Translations under genes and position numbers: made by a program
In this document: in pieces, positions 38,310 to 48,350 of the stretch
Layout: each line of letters begins with the position of its first letter
Numbering within the stretch: the stretch's first letter is position 1
From: an uncultured Gammaproteobacteria bacterium
GTDB lineage: Bacteria; Patescibacteriota; Microgenomatia; CAYXHB01; CAZYTL01
Length of the DNA: 64,000 nucleotides
Direction: 5' to 3'
Assembly: GCA_964650355.1 (NCBI GenBank)
Contig: CAZYTL010000009.1
Span: 413 to 64,412 of the forward strand
Notes under the pieces: generated by a model
The model's database searches: none
Seen by the model: the letters and a program-made list of their open reading frames with translations, nothing else
Told to the model about the DNA's origin: nothing

Positions 38310-38363
38310 AAAACCGGGCGTTGCTGATTAAGCTAGACTTAATAATCAGTAGCTCGGTTTTAA
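38310..38363. terminator. Nested hairpin between convergent lon and a small minus-strand gene (possible bidirectional terminator)
   Basis: aaaaccg...cggtttt outer stem enclosing tgattaa-gctagac-ttaatca inner hairpin. Confidence 0.35.
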
Positions 38364-38410
38364 TGATTTGTGACCTAAAATATAACAAAAGATTAGGTAG
38401 AACAACTAAT

Positions 38411-38596
38411 TTATTGGACAGGTACTTCTGCTTTATCCCAATCTTCTTTCTTCACAAATTTGGTTAGATTTCTTCCATCTCCGGTGCGACCCTTCAAAGC
38501 GTAACGAGTTTGACCCCTAACCTGATAGGTAACTTTGCCGACGACATCAACCGTAACCTTTTTTCTCAATTTAACGTCGTAAAAAGTTGCTTGCAT
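38411..38596 (-). CDS. Small basic protein (61 aa), hypothetical
   Basis: ORF with predicted beta-rich basic sequence; no motif recognised. Confidence 0.4.
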   Translation of the reverse strand: MQATFYDVKLRKKVTVDVVGKVTYQVRGQTRYALKGRTGDGRNLTKFVKKEDWDKAEVPVQ

Positions 38597-38755
38597 TTAT
38601 CCTCACCTCCTTCGGGCAGTGAATTTAATTTTAAACCTAATTTCAAGTTATTCACCTGACATTAATAGTAACAGGTAGATTGTACGTGTCAAGTAGAAAC
38701 CGAGGGATAAACCTTCTAGACTTTCCTGATTGACTTGTTATAATACATTTAAAGT

Positions 38756-39658
38756 ATGAAGAAGTGGTTGATCTTGTTAACGATTGTATTTTCCGGTTGT
38801 AGCTTATTGCCGACCAAGAAACCTGCGGCTCTGAAAATCAACACTACGCCTTCCGCCACAGTGTTTGTGGATGGCAAACATATGGGAACCACCCCTTTCA
38901 TGAATGAGGAGTTGGAGCCAGGAGAGATTACCTTAAAGTTGGTGCCGGAAAATCAGAATGAAAAAACTATTACTTGGGAAGGACTGGTGGAGTTAACTTC
39001 AGGTGTAGTGACGGTAGTTAATCATGAATTCGCCACAGATACCACCTCGGCCGCGGGTGAAGTACTTACTTTACAGCCTAATAACCGTTCAGCAGCCTCG
39101 TTGTCAATTGTATCTCAGCCTGACGCGGCTGTGGTGAGGGTAGATGGCGAGTCCAAAGGTTTTACCCCTCTGGTAGTTGATCAAATCGACGCTGGTGATC
39201 ATCAGATTCTGGTTACATCTCCGGGTTATCAGGAAAGATCGATTAACATTAAAGCCCAAACAGGCTATCGGTTGATAGTTTCTGTCCAATTAGCCAGACA
39301 ACAGACTTCACCGACAGGAGAAGAGGCTTCATCCGGCACAGAGGCCAGCGGATCTGCAGAGGCCACTAAATCAGCTGGTCAGGCCACTCCCACTCCTACT
39401 CCGAAGACGCAAGGAAAGGTAACTCCTTCACCAACGGTTAAAACTCCACCGGAAAAGCCTTATGTGAAGATCAATGAAACACCCACAGGCTGGCTCAGGG
39501 TAAGGGCAGAACCAAGCTTGGGATCGGACGAAGTGGCTAAGGTGAATCCAGGTGATATGTTCTCATTAAAAGACGAGCAGTCAGGTTGGTACCAAATCGA
39601 ATATGAGACCGGTAAGTTGGGTTGGATCGCAGGTCAGTACGCGGAAAAGTATGAGTAG
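38756..39658 (+). CDS. Lipoprotein with tandem PEGA domains and C-terminal SH3b domain
   Basis: Lipobox FSGCS; PEGA-like PSATVFVDGKHMGTTPF and SQPDAAVVRVDGESKGFTPL; SH3b-like GWLRVRAEPSLGSDEVAKVNPGDMFSL...GWYQIEY. Confidence 0.65.
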   Translation: MKKWLILLTIVFSGCSLLPTKKPAALKINTTPSATVFVDGKHMGTTPFMNEELEPGEITLKLVPENQNEKTITWEGLVELTSGVVTVVNHEFATDTTSAAGEVLTLQPNNRSAASLSIVSQPDAAVVRVDGESKGFTPLVVDQIDAGDHQILVTSPGYQERSINIKAQTGYRLIVSVQLARQQTSPTGEEASSGTEASGSAEATKSAGQATPTPTPKTQGKVTPSPTVKTPPEKPYVKINETPTGWLRVRAEPSLGSDEVAKVNPGDMFSLKDEQSGWYQIEYETGKLGWIAGQYAEKYE

Positions 39659-39719
39659 TTGAAAGAGGGAAGTTTGAAGTTTCTTCGATGTTTTTCTTTG
39701 GAGTGGGATTGTGGAGGTC

Positions 39720-40661
39720 TCAGGTGGTAGGGAAGAGATAAAGAATGATAATTACCACCAAACCCCAGATGGTGACTGCGGTAAGCAATGGGCGATCAGA
39801 AAGAAGTACCCGTTCTGGAGATTCGGCTTTACTCCCGTCATAGATAATTCTTAAGTAACGCATGACACCGTAGATAACCACCGGAATTGTGGTCATCAGC
39901 CATTTATTGGTGCCGGAAAAGGTGAGGGGCAAATTGGAAAAAAGTTGAGGATAGGTTTTGGCTAAGGGTGCGGGTGGTTCGAAAAAGGCAAACAATGCCC
40001 AGGAAACCCAGGTAGAAGTGGCAAACATGGTCACATAACTATTAAGAACATCGGCGTTATATTTGGAAAGCACTTTGCGGTGACTGGCGGCTGTTTGTTC
40101 TGTGAGGATAGCGAGCTCTGCCCGTCTTTTTCCTACAGAAATTAACAGCGCGGTGGTAACCACGCATAACAAAAACCAAATCGAAAGATGGGCATCAATT
40201 ACTAATGCTCCTGCATAAACTCGGAGAATAAATCCTCCCGCGATGACAATCATTTCCAAAATTTCTACGTGTTTAAGGACCAGTGTGTATGTGATTTGCA
40301 ACAGCCAATAGGCGAGAATGATAATGAAAAAGAAGGTCGATAACTGTAATGACCACCATAAACCGGCAATCGAAAAGCAGATGAAAAGAAAGATGGCGGT
40401 ACGGGGAGAAACTTTTCCGGAGGCAATGGGTCGAAGTTTCTTAAAAGGATGCTCACGGTCCTGTTTACGATCGATTAAATCGTTAAATACATAAATCGAA
40501 GAGGCAATGATCGTCATCACGCCCACGGCGATGATCACCAACCAAAGTTTTTCAAATACCAACAGGTTTCCGGAAAAGACCAACGCAGCTCCCACACTTA
40601 GGTTTTTAAGCCATTGTCTGGGTCGGATAGTTTTGAGAATATTAATTGCAAACTCAACCAT
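39720..40661 (-). CDS. UbiA-family prenyltransferase (decaprenyl-phosphate phosphoribosyltransferase-like)
   Basis: RPRQWLKNL N-terminus and NDLIDRKQDREHP (NDxxDxxxD); multiple TM; 5' end overlaps the upstream GT4 gene by 64 nt, so the start is uncertain. Confidence 0.7.
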   Translation of the reverse strand: MVEFAINILKTIRPRQWLKNLSVGAALVFSGNLLVFEKLWLVIIAVGVMTIIASSIYVFNDLIDRKQDREHPFKKLRPIASGKVSPRTAIFLFICFSIAGLWWSLQLSTFFFIIILAYWLLQITYTLVLKHVEILEMIVIAGGFILRVYAGALVIDAHLSIWFLLCVVTTALLISVGKRRAELAILTEQTAASHRKVLSKYNADVLNSYVTMFATSTWVSWALFAFFEPPAPLAKTYPQLFSNLPLTFSGTNKWLMTTIPVVIYGVMRYLRIIYDGSKAESPERVLLSDRPLLTAVTIWGLVVIIILYLFPTT

Positions 40662-41716
40662 GCTAAGGTGGCTCCGATAATAATTCCTACACCTAGAATT
40701 GTATAAAACTTCTGTCTGCTATTCAATTGTAAAGCTAAAATACCTAATAATCCGGTAATCACCCAATAGAAAACTATTATTTGTCGCTTACTCCAACCTA
40801 AGTCAAGCAGTTTATGGTGCAAATGTCCCCGGTCTCCCCAGACAGGTGATTTTCCATTAAGTAACCTTCTAAAAATTGCCCAACTGGCGTCCATGAGAGG
40901 TACTCCCAGAACTACTAAGACGGTGCCCACTTTGGTAGTAGACAAAATTGCCATCACAGCCAAGACAAAACCACCCAGGCTTTTACCGCTATAACCCGGC
41001 ATGATTTTCTGGGGTGGAAAGTTCCAAGGAAGGAACCCCAGATAGGCTCCGGCAGTAATACCGGCTAAGGTGATTACAGGCCACTGAGTAATGTCAGCAG
41101 AGAATTTTAGGCTCAACAGACCGATGGTCAAAGCAGAAATGGCTACCACTCCTGGGAACTGGCCTTCGATTCCTCCTGCTCCTTGACCAATCAGGTTCAT
41201 CAATCCTACGATCCAGAGAACTGCAAACAGGTCAGCGAGTAGCCAGAGACTGTGTGGTGCCCCAAAAAGATAGAAAGAAAATTGGGGATGAGAGAGATCA
41301 ATAATTCCGCTACCAAAGGGATTAGTAAGAAAAGCGACTCCGATACCTGAGCCTACGACGATGAGAGCGGCCAAAAGATTTCCGCCAAATAAACGCCAGT
41401 AAGGAGACAGATTCCAACGATCATCAAGCAAGCCGACGATTAAGGCTGTCGCCGCCCCGGACAGGATACCTAATAGATGTTTGTCGAAGGGAAGAAATAG
41501 AATGGTGCCGACAATCAAAGCCAGGAAAATAGGCAATCCTCCTCCCCGCGGCACAGGATAGGTATGAGTGGTCTTGGGGTGTTGATGAGCCTGAGGGTCA
41601 TCAACAATTCCCAGACGAGGGGCGAGTTTAATCACGATCCAGGTAGCCGTGAAACTGCTGACTAATCCGATCAGTCCGGGAAGAAAAAGAAGCGTTATGA
41701 AAGGCTGCGAGGTCAT
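40598..41716 (-). CDS. Polyprenyl-phosphate N-acetylhexosamine-1-phosphate transferase (MraY/WecA, GT4 family)
   Basis: ~10 TM; LLDDRWNLSPYWRLF (DD motif) and overall MraY/WecA-like topology. Confidence 0.7.
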   Translation of the reverse strand: MTSQPFITLLFLPGLIGLVSSFTATWIVIKLAPRLGIVDDPQAHQHPKTTHTYPVPRGGGLPIFLALIVGTILFLPFDKHLLGILSGAATALIVGLLDDRWNLSPYWRLFGGNLLAALIVVGSGIGVAFLTNPFGSGIIDLSHPQFSFYLFGAPHSLWLLADLFAVLWIVGLMNLIGQGAGGIEGQFPGVVAISALTIGLLSLKFSADITQWPVITLAGITAGAYLGFLPWNFPPQKIMPGYSGKSLGGFVLAVMAILSTTKVGTVLVVLGVPLMDASWAIFRRLLNGKSPVWGDRGHLHHKLLDLGWSKRQIIVFYWVITGLLGILALQLNSRQKFYTILGVGIIIGATLAWLSLQLIFSKLSDPDNGLKT

Positions 41717-41765
41717 GATGCGATGGATGGTGGAGATAGAAACTCAGGCTTAAGATTACAGGTCC

Positions 41766-42149
41766 TTAACTAATTAACAAGTAAATTCTGGCTAAACTGA
41801 AAGCCAGCAGACCGACACTCAAAAATGCTGTCCAGACAATCACTTTACCTAATTTGGGCCATTTTTTACTAACTAAAATAGCCAGTAGAAAATCAAAACC
41901 TAGAATGATTCCCAAGACGAACATTATTGGCCAAAGGTTTGTTTCCGTGGCTAGTTGTTCAGCGCCCCGAGGCAAACTATAAAACAGAGGAAATTGAGGT
42001 GGTAGATATTGACGGTGCGAAAATCCGGGATAAGTTAGCCAGAACAAGATTCCGGTCAACAATAAGTAGAGGAAAATGGTGAGCAGGGTTAATTGCCGAT
42101 TAATTCTTTGACCCCAAAAGGTGTACCAGAGCTGAACGATTTTATTCAT
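41766..42149 (-). CDS. Small polytopic membrane protein, hypothetical
   Basis: 127 aa with 3-4 hydrophobic helices. Confidence 0.45.
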   Translation of the reverse strand: MNKIVQLWYTFWGQRINRQLTLLTIFLYLLLTGILFWLTYPGFSHRQYLPPQFPLFYSLPRGAEQLATETNLWPIMFVLGIILGFDFLLAILVSKKWPKLGKVIVWTAFLSVGLLAFSLARIYLLIS

Positions 42150-42177
42150 TAGGATTAATTATACCTCAATGAGAGAG

Positions 42178-43815
42178 CTAAGAGGGGGGGTGCCCAAGTT
42201 GAAAGATTTGAGCATAGTTTGAATTTTGAATTAAATGATACCGTCGACTAATTAATTCATTAAGCTGAAGAAACGTGTTAGGCGCAGAATTTAATCTGAC
42301 GATATAGGTGGGGGGTGTGCGTCTCAGAATTGTAATGGTAGTTTCTTGAGCATGAAACTGGTTAATATGATAAGCGGCAATGTAAGGCCCGTCTGGTAAT
42401 TTACTAGTTAGTGGGTAGATCATGGTATCATCTCCCCAAATAAATAGGCTATCTGTAGACGAGAGATGAGCATTAATCCAAGCAGCCAACCGATAGGTGG
42501 ATAGCACTCGCGGGTCAAACCATTGTAAATAGTCTTCTGGAGACCGAGCACCAGAGACGTAGGTGATAAAATTAGTGTAGTAACCAGCTACTGAATACCT
42601 CCAAAAGTTGATCCGGATCCAGGCAAGATACAAGATTGCTAGAGCGATGAGAGAAAAAGTCAAAGGATACTTGAGGCCAAAGATTCCCAGCGGCTGACGA
42701 AAAGAAAACTTGGGCAAACTCAGTACTCCCCAGGCAATTAGCAAACTTAAAGACGGCACCACCTGAAGAAGATAATGAGGATAAGGGCGACTGGAGAGCA
42801 ATGCGCCGAACAGCGACCAAGAAAACCAGAGAGAGATAAATAAGATGGGTGTTTTTAGTCGCTGGCGTAGCTTCCAAAGGACTCCGCAAATAATCATCAG
42901 CACTATGAATCTTTGCAACAAAGTACCCCCGAAGGCAGTAGTGCTCCCCCATTGCGATTCTGGTACCCAGACGGAAACATAGAAAAAATTATTTAAGAAT
43001 ACATCCTGAATAAAACTGGACCAGCTATGGAGATAAAGAAAAATCAGGGAAACGGTAGCTATCGGAATAATGAATCCGGTTGTGAGAGACAATGAATCTC
43101 GAAAAAGTTGAGACAAAGTCTGTTTGTTAAATACTTTAATTAAATAAACAATGAAAATTAGTCCGGTGATGAAGTCGGTAAACGCCGGATGTTTAAATAA
43201 AAACCCTATTCCGAATAAACCTCCTGCGGTCATCAACCACAGATAGCGAGAATTTAGTTTCCGGTGATGACGAAGATGAACTAGACGCCCAAGAAAATTT
43301 TTAAAAGTCGAAAATGGAAGGGTCGTTTGGTTGTGGAATAAAGAAAATATAATGGTCATGGCACCAATTACGGGTGCCATCATAAAGATCTCTCCGTTGG
43401 CTAAATTACCTTCCCAAAATGGCAGGGAGATGAGCAGACTAAAGATGATTACAGCCAGTAAACTGGTAAGCGGTAGAGAGGATAATTTGGGATCGTGTTC
43501 ATCCCTGGCGAGATTGATTTTCCAAACCAAGTTCCAGAATAAGATAATGGTAAATAACACCCAAATTGTTAAAATTAGTTTGAGGGCAAATAAATTGCCG
43601 GCTAACCCAGCAATGAAATAGAGAAGAGGAGGTTTATTGTCATGAATGTCCCGGTAAAGAACTCTGCCTTCTCTCCAGGCTTGTCCCATGGTAAGGGTGA
43701 TGCCTTCGTCACCATACCAGTAGGGCTCGAATAGAGAAGGTAACCTGAGCATAAAGACTGATGCTAAGATGACTATCAGCCACCAACGCCGAGACTGAGG
43801 AAGTAGTTTTTTCAT
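42178..43815 (-). CDS. Polytopic membrane glycosyltransferase, ArnT/PMT-like (GT83/GT39)
   Basis: First loop YWYGDEGITLTMGQAWREGRVLYRDIHDNKPPLLYF is typical of ArnT-like GT-C enzymes; >10 TM. Confidence 0.6.
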   Translation of the reverse strand: MKKLLPQSRRWWLIVILASVFMLRLPSLFEPYWYGDEGITLTMGQAWREGRVLYRDIHDNKPPLLYFIAGLAGNLFALKLILTIWVLFTIILFWNLVWKINLARDEHDPKLSSLPLTSLLAVIIFSLLISLPFWEGNLANGEIFMMAPVIGAMTIIFSLFHNQTTLPFSTFKNFLGRLVHLRHHRKLNSRYLWLMTAGGLFGIGFLFKHPAFTDFITGLIFIVYLIKVFNKQTLSQLFRDSLSLTTGFIIPIATVSLIFLYLHSWSSFIQDVFLNNFFYVSVWVPESQWGSTTAFGGTLLQRFIVLMIICGVLWKLRQRLKTPILFISLWFSWSLFGALLSSRPYPHYLLQVVPSLSLLIAWGVLSLPKFSFRQPLGIFGLKYPLTFSLIALAILYLAWIRINFWRYSVAGYYTNFITYVSGARSPEDYLQWFDPRVLSTYRLAAWINAHLSSTDSLFIWGDDTMIYPLTSKLPDGPYIAAYHINQFHAQETTITILRRTPPTYIVRLNSAPNTFLQLNELISRRYHLIQNSNYAQIFQLGHPPS

Positions 43816-43847
43816 TATTAGGTTTATTTTAGTGTTTATAAGTTAAC

Positions 43848-45035
43848 TTGTCATCAAAAACCATGAAGATTGCCATATTGAATATCTACTCTGGATTGGT
43901 GTCCAGAGGAGCTGAAACAGCAGTACACGAAGTGGCCAAACGACTCCAGAAATCACATCAGATAACTATCTTTCAGGGTGGAAGAAGAAAATATTCCGAT
44001 ACCAACTATCAGGTGGCAAGCATTCCAGGAGTGCATGTTTTACCGACCGATCCTGGTTCCGGATGGATAAACAAAATTAAACACCGGTTGTATATAGATG
44101 AATATAACCTGATGGTGAAGCGCTTTACTTACTCCTGCGCAGAGCGAATGGCCAAAGAAAACTTTTCTGTAATCTTGGCCATTAACGGGTATCAGCAATT
44201 AAGGGTGCTAAAAGAGCAGAAATCGAAGCTGAAGTCCAAAATTGTGTTTGTAAACCATGCTCAATTCTGCGCCTCGGTATTGAGGATGGCAGGCTGGGAC
44301 AATTGGATGAAGTTAAGATTGGCGCCGGATGTATTTGTGACTTTGACTCAAACCATGGATGATTGGTGCCGAAAGCGGGCACCCAAAGAGACGCGGGTGG
44401 TAAAAATTCCCGATGGAGTAGATTTGAAAGGGTTTAATCCCCGGATTAAGCCCCAGAAGCTAGACCTTCCCAAGCCGCTGATTTTGTCCGTGGCTGGGCT
44501 GCAGGCATACAAACGCGTGGATTTACTGATCAGGGCAGTGGCAAAGATGCCTGTTAAGCGACAAGCGAGAAAACTGAAAACCCTGGGGTTACCTAAGTCC
44601 GGAACGCAGGTTCCCAGCCTTTTGATTCTCGGTGATGGACCGTTAAAATCCAAATTACTGGATTTAGGAAACAGATTACTAGGTTCCGAGAGGTTCAAGA
44701 TTATGACTGTGGCTTATGATCAGATGCCCCACTATTACGCAGCCTGCCAGGTATTTAGCTTGCCGTCCTCACCGGTGGAAGCTTTTGGCATTTCCTATTT
44801 AGAAGCTATGGCCACGAATAAACCGTTGGTGGCCCCTGATGATGATCAGCGCCGAGAATTAACCGGCAAAGGAGGAGTATTGGTTGATGTAAAGGATACT
44901 GAAGCTTACGCCCAAGCTTTAACTCAGGCTCTGACCACCAATTGGCATAACCAACCACGGAAACAGGCAGAAAAATATTCCTGGGAACAAGTAGCTGACC
45001 AATATGAAGAGCTGTTTAAAAGCCTTGCTGGTTAA
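43848..45035 (+). CDS. GT-B glycosyltransferase (GT1/GT4-like)
   Basis: C-terminal EX7E-like PVEAFGISYLEAMATNKPLVA. Confidence 0.7.
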   Translation: MSSKTMKIAILNIYSGLVSRGAETAVHEVAKRLQKSHQITIFQGGRRKYSDTNYQVASIPGVHVLPTDPGSGWINKIKHRLYIDEYNLMVKRFTYSCAERMAKENFSVILAINGYQQLRVLKEQKSKLKSKIVFVNHAQFCASVLRMAGWDNWMKLRLAPDVFVTLTQTMDDWCRKRAPKETRVVKIPDGVDLKGFNPRIKPQKLDLPKPLILSVAGLQAYKRVDLLIRAVAKMPVKRQARKLKTLGLPKSGTQVPSLLILGDGPLKSKLLDLGNRLLGSERFKIMTVAYDQMPHYYAACQVFSLPSSPVEAFGISYLEAMATNKPLVAPDDDQRRELTGKGGVLVDVKDTEAYAQALTQALTTNWHNQPRKQAEKYSWEQVADQYEELFKSLAG

Positions 45036-45064
45036 TCAGTTGAGAGTTAAATAGTTGGCATATA

Positions 45065-46282
45065 ATGATACTAAGCATGGAATTATTATTTTTGATTAGA
45101 ACCGCTTATGTAGATCTGAAAAGGAATAAAGTCAGATCTTTGTTAACCTCTTTGGGCATTCTCATCGGAGTATTTTCTGTGGTGACTTTAATTGCCTTCG
45201 GGTTGGGGTTGAGGGGGTTTATTCAGGAACAATTTGCAAAAATCGGCACCAATCTGGTGATCGTGTTTCCGGGCAACTTTTCATCAGATCAGGGTGGATA
45301 CCAGGATAGCGAAGGAGGTTTGGGAATGATCACCTTTGACCAACGGGATTTTCAGGCACTTCAACGAATTAAAGTGGCCAAATATGTGGTTCCAGCGTTT
45401 ATTAAAGTAGTGAAAATAGAAGCAGGAGGAGAGTCGAAAGTGCGCAGTTTGTTCGCTTCCACAGCAGATATTTTCCCCGTACAGAACTGCGAGATAGAGT
45501 ACGGAAGGTTGTTTACTGAAGCGGATGTGAGAAAAGAGGTAAAAATAGCGGTATTGGGTTCAAAAGTGGCAGAGGAGCATTTTGGCAGCGGTCAGAACGC
45601 GGTGGGCAAAACGGTACGGTTAGACGATCAAAGGTTTAAGGTGGTTGGAGTACTCAAAGCCAAAGGCGGCGGGCTGGGCGGACGGGATTTTGATACCTTT
45701 ATTTACACTCCTTATACGGCTGCCTATGTTTTCAATCCAGATAAAACTTTTGCCGCTTTTTACATGCAGGCCAAAAATAAAGAAGACATTCCGGAATTAA
45801 AATCCGAAGCCCAAAAGATTTTGGAGAAACGCTATGACAAAGAAGATTTTTCGGTGATTGAACAGACGGAAATTTTGGGGATTGTGGACGAGATTTTCGG
45901 GATGATTAATTTATTGTTGGTGGCTTTGGGATCAATTTCTTTGGTGGTAGGCGGAGTGGGAATTATGAATATTATGTACGCTTCCGTGACAGAAAGAACC
46001 AAAGAAGTGGGGATCAGACGGGCGTTGGGAGCCACCAAACAGGACATTCTGGTGCAGTTTTTGTCAGAAGCGGTGATTTTGGCCTTGTTCGGGGGATTAG
46101 CAGGTCTGGGCATTGCCACTGTCGGAGTGATCATCGCCCGGCACTGGTTCCCGGCGGCGATTAACCTGATGTCGATTGGTCTGGCATTGGGAGTGTCATC
46201 AGTGATTGGGATCACATTTGGAGTTTTTCCAGCCCGCAAAGCTGCCACCTTGCCTCCGATCGAAGCAATTAGAAGACATTAG
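45065..46282 (+). CDS. FtsX/MacB-type ABC transporter permease
   Basis: N-terminal TM, large periplasmic domain, three C-terminal TM with [25 protein letters not shown] motif. Confidence 0.8.
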   Translation: [405 protein letters not shown]

Positions 46283-46292
46283 TTTAAGAAAT

Positions 46293-47510
46293 ATGTTTAA
46301 TTTCATTTTGTTAATAAAAACTTCCACTACAGATTTGCTTAAAAATAAGATCCGCACCGGATTGACTTCTCTGGGGATTCTGATCGGGGTGATGTCAGTA
46401 GTGTTATTATTGGCTTTTGGCCAGGGACTGAAAAACTTTGTGACTCAACAACTGGAAAATTTAGGCGCCAACGTACTATTCGTTTATCCCGGCGACATAT
46501 TAAACAGTACCAGTCAGGCTGGCGGAGGCATGTTGGGAACTGTGAAGTTTGACCAAAAAGATTTGAAAAATTTACAGAAATTGAATTTGGCAAAATATGT
46601 AGTTCCGGTATTTATTAAGCGGTCAACGATAAAAGGGGGCAGTGAAAAAAAGCTCAGTGATTTATATGCCACGACTCCTGATATTTTTAAAATTCGTGAT
46701 TTAAAACCCCAAACAGGAAGATTGTTTACTGACGCAGACATAGGAAAAAGAGCCAAAATCGCTGTTTTGGGGCCTAAGATTGCCAAAGATTTGTTCGGGA
46801 ATGAAGTGCAGGCTGTGGGAAAAACCGTCCGGGCTGAAGACCAGAGGTTTACTGTGGTAGGCGTGATTGAGCCCGTCGGAGGGGCCGGAGGGGGAGGTGG
46901 TATTTCCGGCCCTGATTATGACTCCTATACTTATATTCCTTTCACAGCGGCCACGGCTTTTAATCCTAAAAATGAAATTTATTCTTTTTATGTTACTGCG
47001 GCAACAAAAGACGACTTGCCAGATTTGAAGGCTGAGATTGTGAAAGTGATGAGTGACCGCTACAAAAAGGATGAGTATTCGGTGATTGAGCAAAAGGAGA
47101 TTTTAAGTATCTTTGGCAACATTTTTCAGATTATCAATGCTGTGCTGGTAGCCATCGGGTCGATTTCTTTACTGGTAGGCGGGGTCGGGATCATGAATAT
47201 TATGTACGCGACGGTCACGGAAAGAACTACTGAAATAGGCATCCGTAGAGCCCTAGGAGCTACCAAGGGAGATATTTTGGGGCTGTTTTTGATCCAGGCC
47301 ACACTCTTATCTTTGTTAGGGGGAATTATTGGATTGGCCTTGGCTACTTTGATAGTGATGTTGATTCAGCCGTGGTTTCCTGCCAGTATTAACCTGCTTT
47401 CGGTGATGGTGGCTCTGGTGGTGTCGTCGGCCATTGGGGTATTTTTTGGCGTGGTGCCGGCCACTAAAGCCGCCAAAAGATCCCCTATTGATGCCATTAG
47501 GTATGAATAG
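46293..47510 (+). CDS. FtsX/MacB-type ABC transporter permease (tandem paralog)
   Basis: Paralog of the previous gene ([25 protein letters not shown]). The ORF track starts at 46206, but alignment with the paralog and the upstream stop at 46282 favour the ATG at 46293. Confidence 0.8.
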   Translation: [405 protein letters not shown]

Positions 47511-47555
47511 CTCTTATGCTTTTCCCTTTGGAGAATGAGGCGACTAGAAGAAGGG

Positions 47556-48344
47556 CTAAGACGAGGCGCTCGTATAGCTGCGGATGGCAAAGTTCCAGAA
47601 GCTGTGGCTGAGATAGAGAAACATCGTGGCTAAGATGATGGGTAAAGTCCATGCCCATGGTTGTGCTTGACCAAGGATAAGCTGGGTCGGAGTGTAGACG
47701 ATGATGCCGACCGGAATGATAAAGGTAATGATGGCTTGCAAGACGATGGGGTAGGCGGTTTTGGGAAACTGGGCGGTTTCGAAAATTGGCGGGAAGAGGT
47801 TAACGATATTTTCCAATCTACCAAAATAGAAAGCGACAGTAATGCTGATAAACCACAAGGCATAGGTAAGAATCATGCCGGAAATCAGTAAGGGAATAAT
47901 GATCACCAGAGACCAATAATTAAAGGTCAAGTTCAGATGTTGGAAACTGTAGATCAGCAGAGCGGTTCCCATCATCAGGGAGGAGATTTGATTGACACTG
48001 ATACGCCTTGTTGAAAGGAAAAATTGGCTGTCGATGGGTTTGGTGAGCCATAAATCCAACTCTCCTTTGTTAATCATTCTGGGAATGGGAAATAAATTGG
48101 GCCAAAAGTATCCCCAAAATACAGCGCTGAAATAGCGATACCAACCGAGTAACATGAGAATCTGGTAGTAGTTCCAGCCGCCCAAAAGCCTGACCTTGCC
48201 GTATAAAGCAGTAAAAAAGATAATCGCCAGTACTCCCCAGGCCAGATCCACGAAGAACCACATGATGAAATCACCCCGATAGGTGAGGCTGGCCACAATG
48301 GAGTATTTAAGCTGGATATAAAACATTCTTAGATAACGATTCAT
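47556..48344 (-). CDS. ABC-2-type transporter permease
   Basis: 6 TM, 262 aa, typical ABC-2 permease architecture. Confidence 0.6.
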   Translation of the reverse strand: MNRYLRMFYIQLKYSIVASLTYRGDFIMWFFVDLAWGVLAIIFFTALYGKVRLLGGWNYYQILMLLGWYRYFSAVFWGYFWPNLFPIPRMINKGELDLWLTKPIDSQFFLSTRRISVNQISSLMMGTALLIYSFQHLNLTFNYWSLVIIIPLLISGMILTYALWFISITVAFYFGRLENIVNLFPPIFETAQFPKTAYPIVLQAIITFIIPVGIIVYTPTQLILGQAQPWAWTLPIILATMFLYLSHSFWNFAIRSYTSASS

Positions 48345-48350
48345 ATGGTT

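Noticed and set aside
38411-38596. Assigning the 61-aa basic protein to a ribosomal-protein or KOW/Tudor-like family
   Set aside because: No diagnostic motif could be matched by eye. It is kept as a hypothetical small protein.
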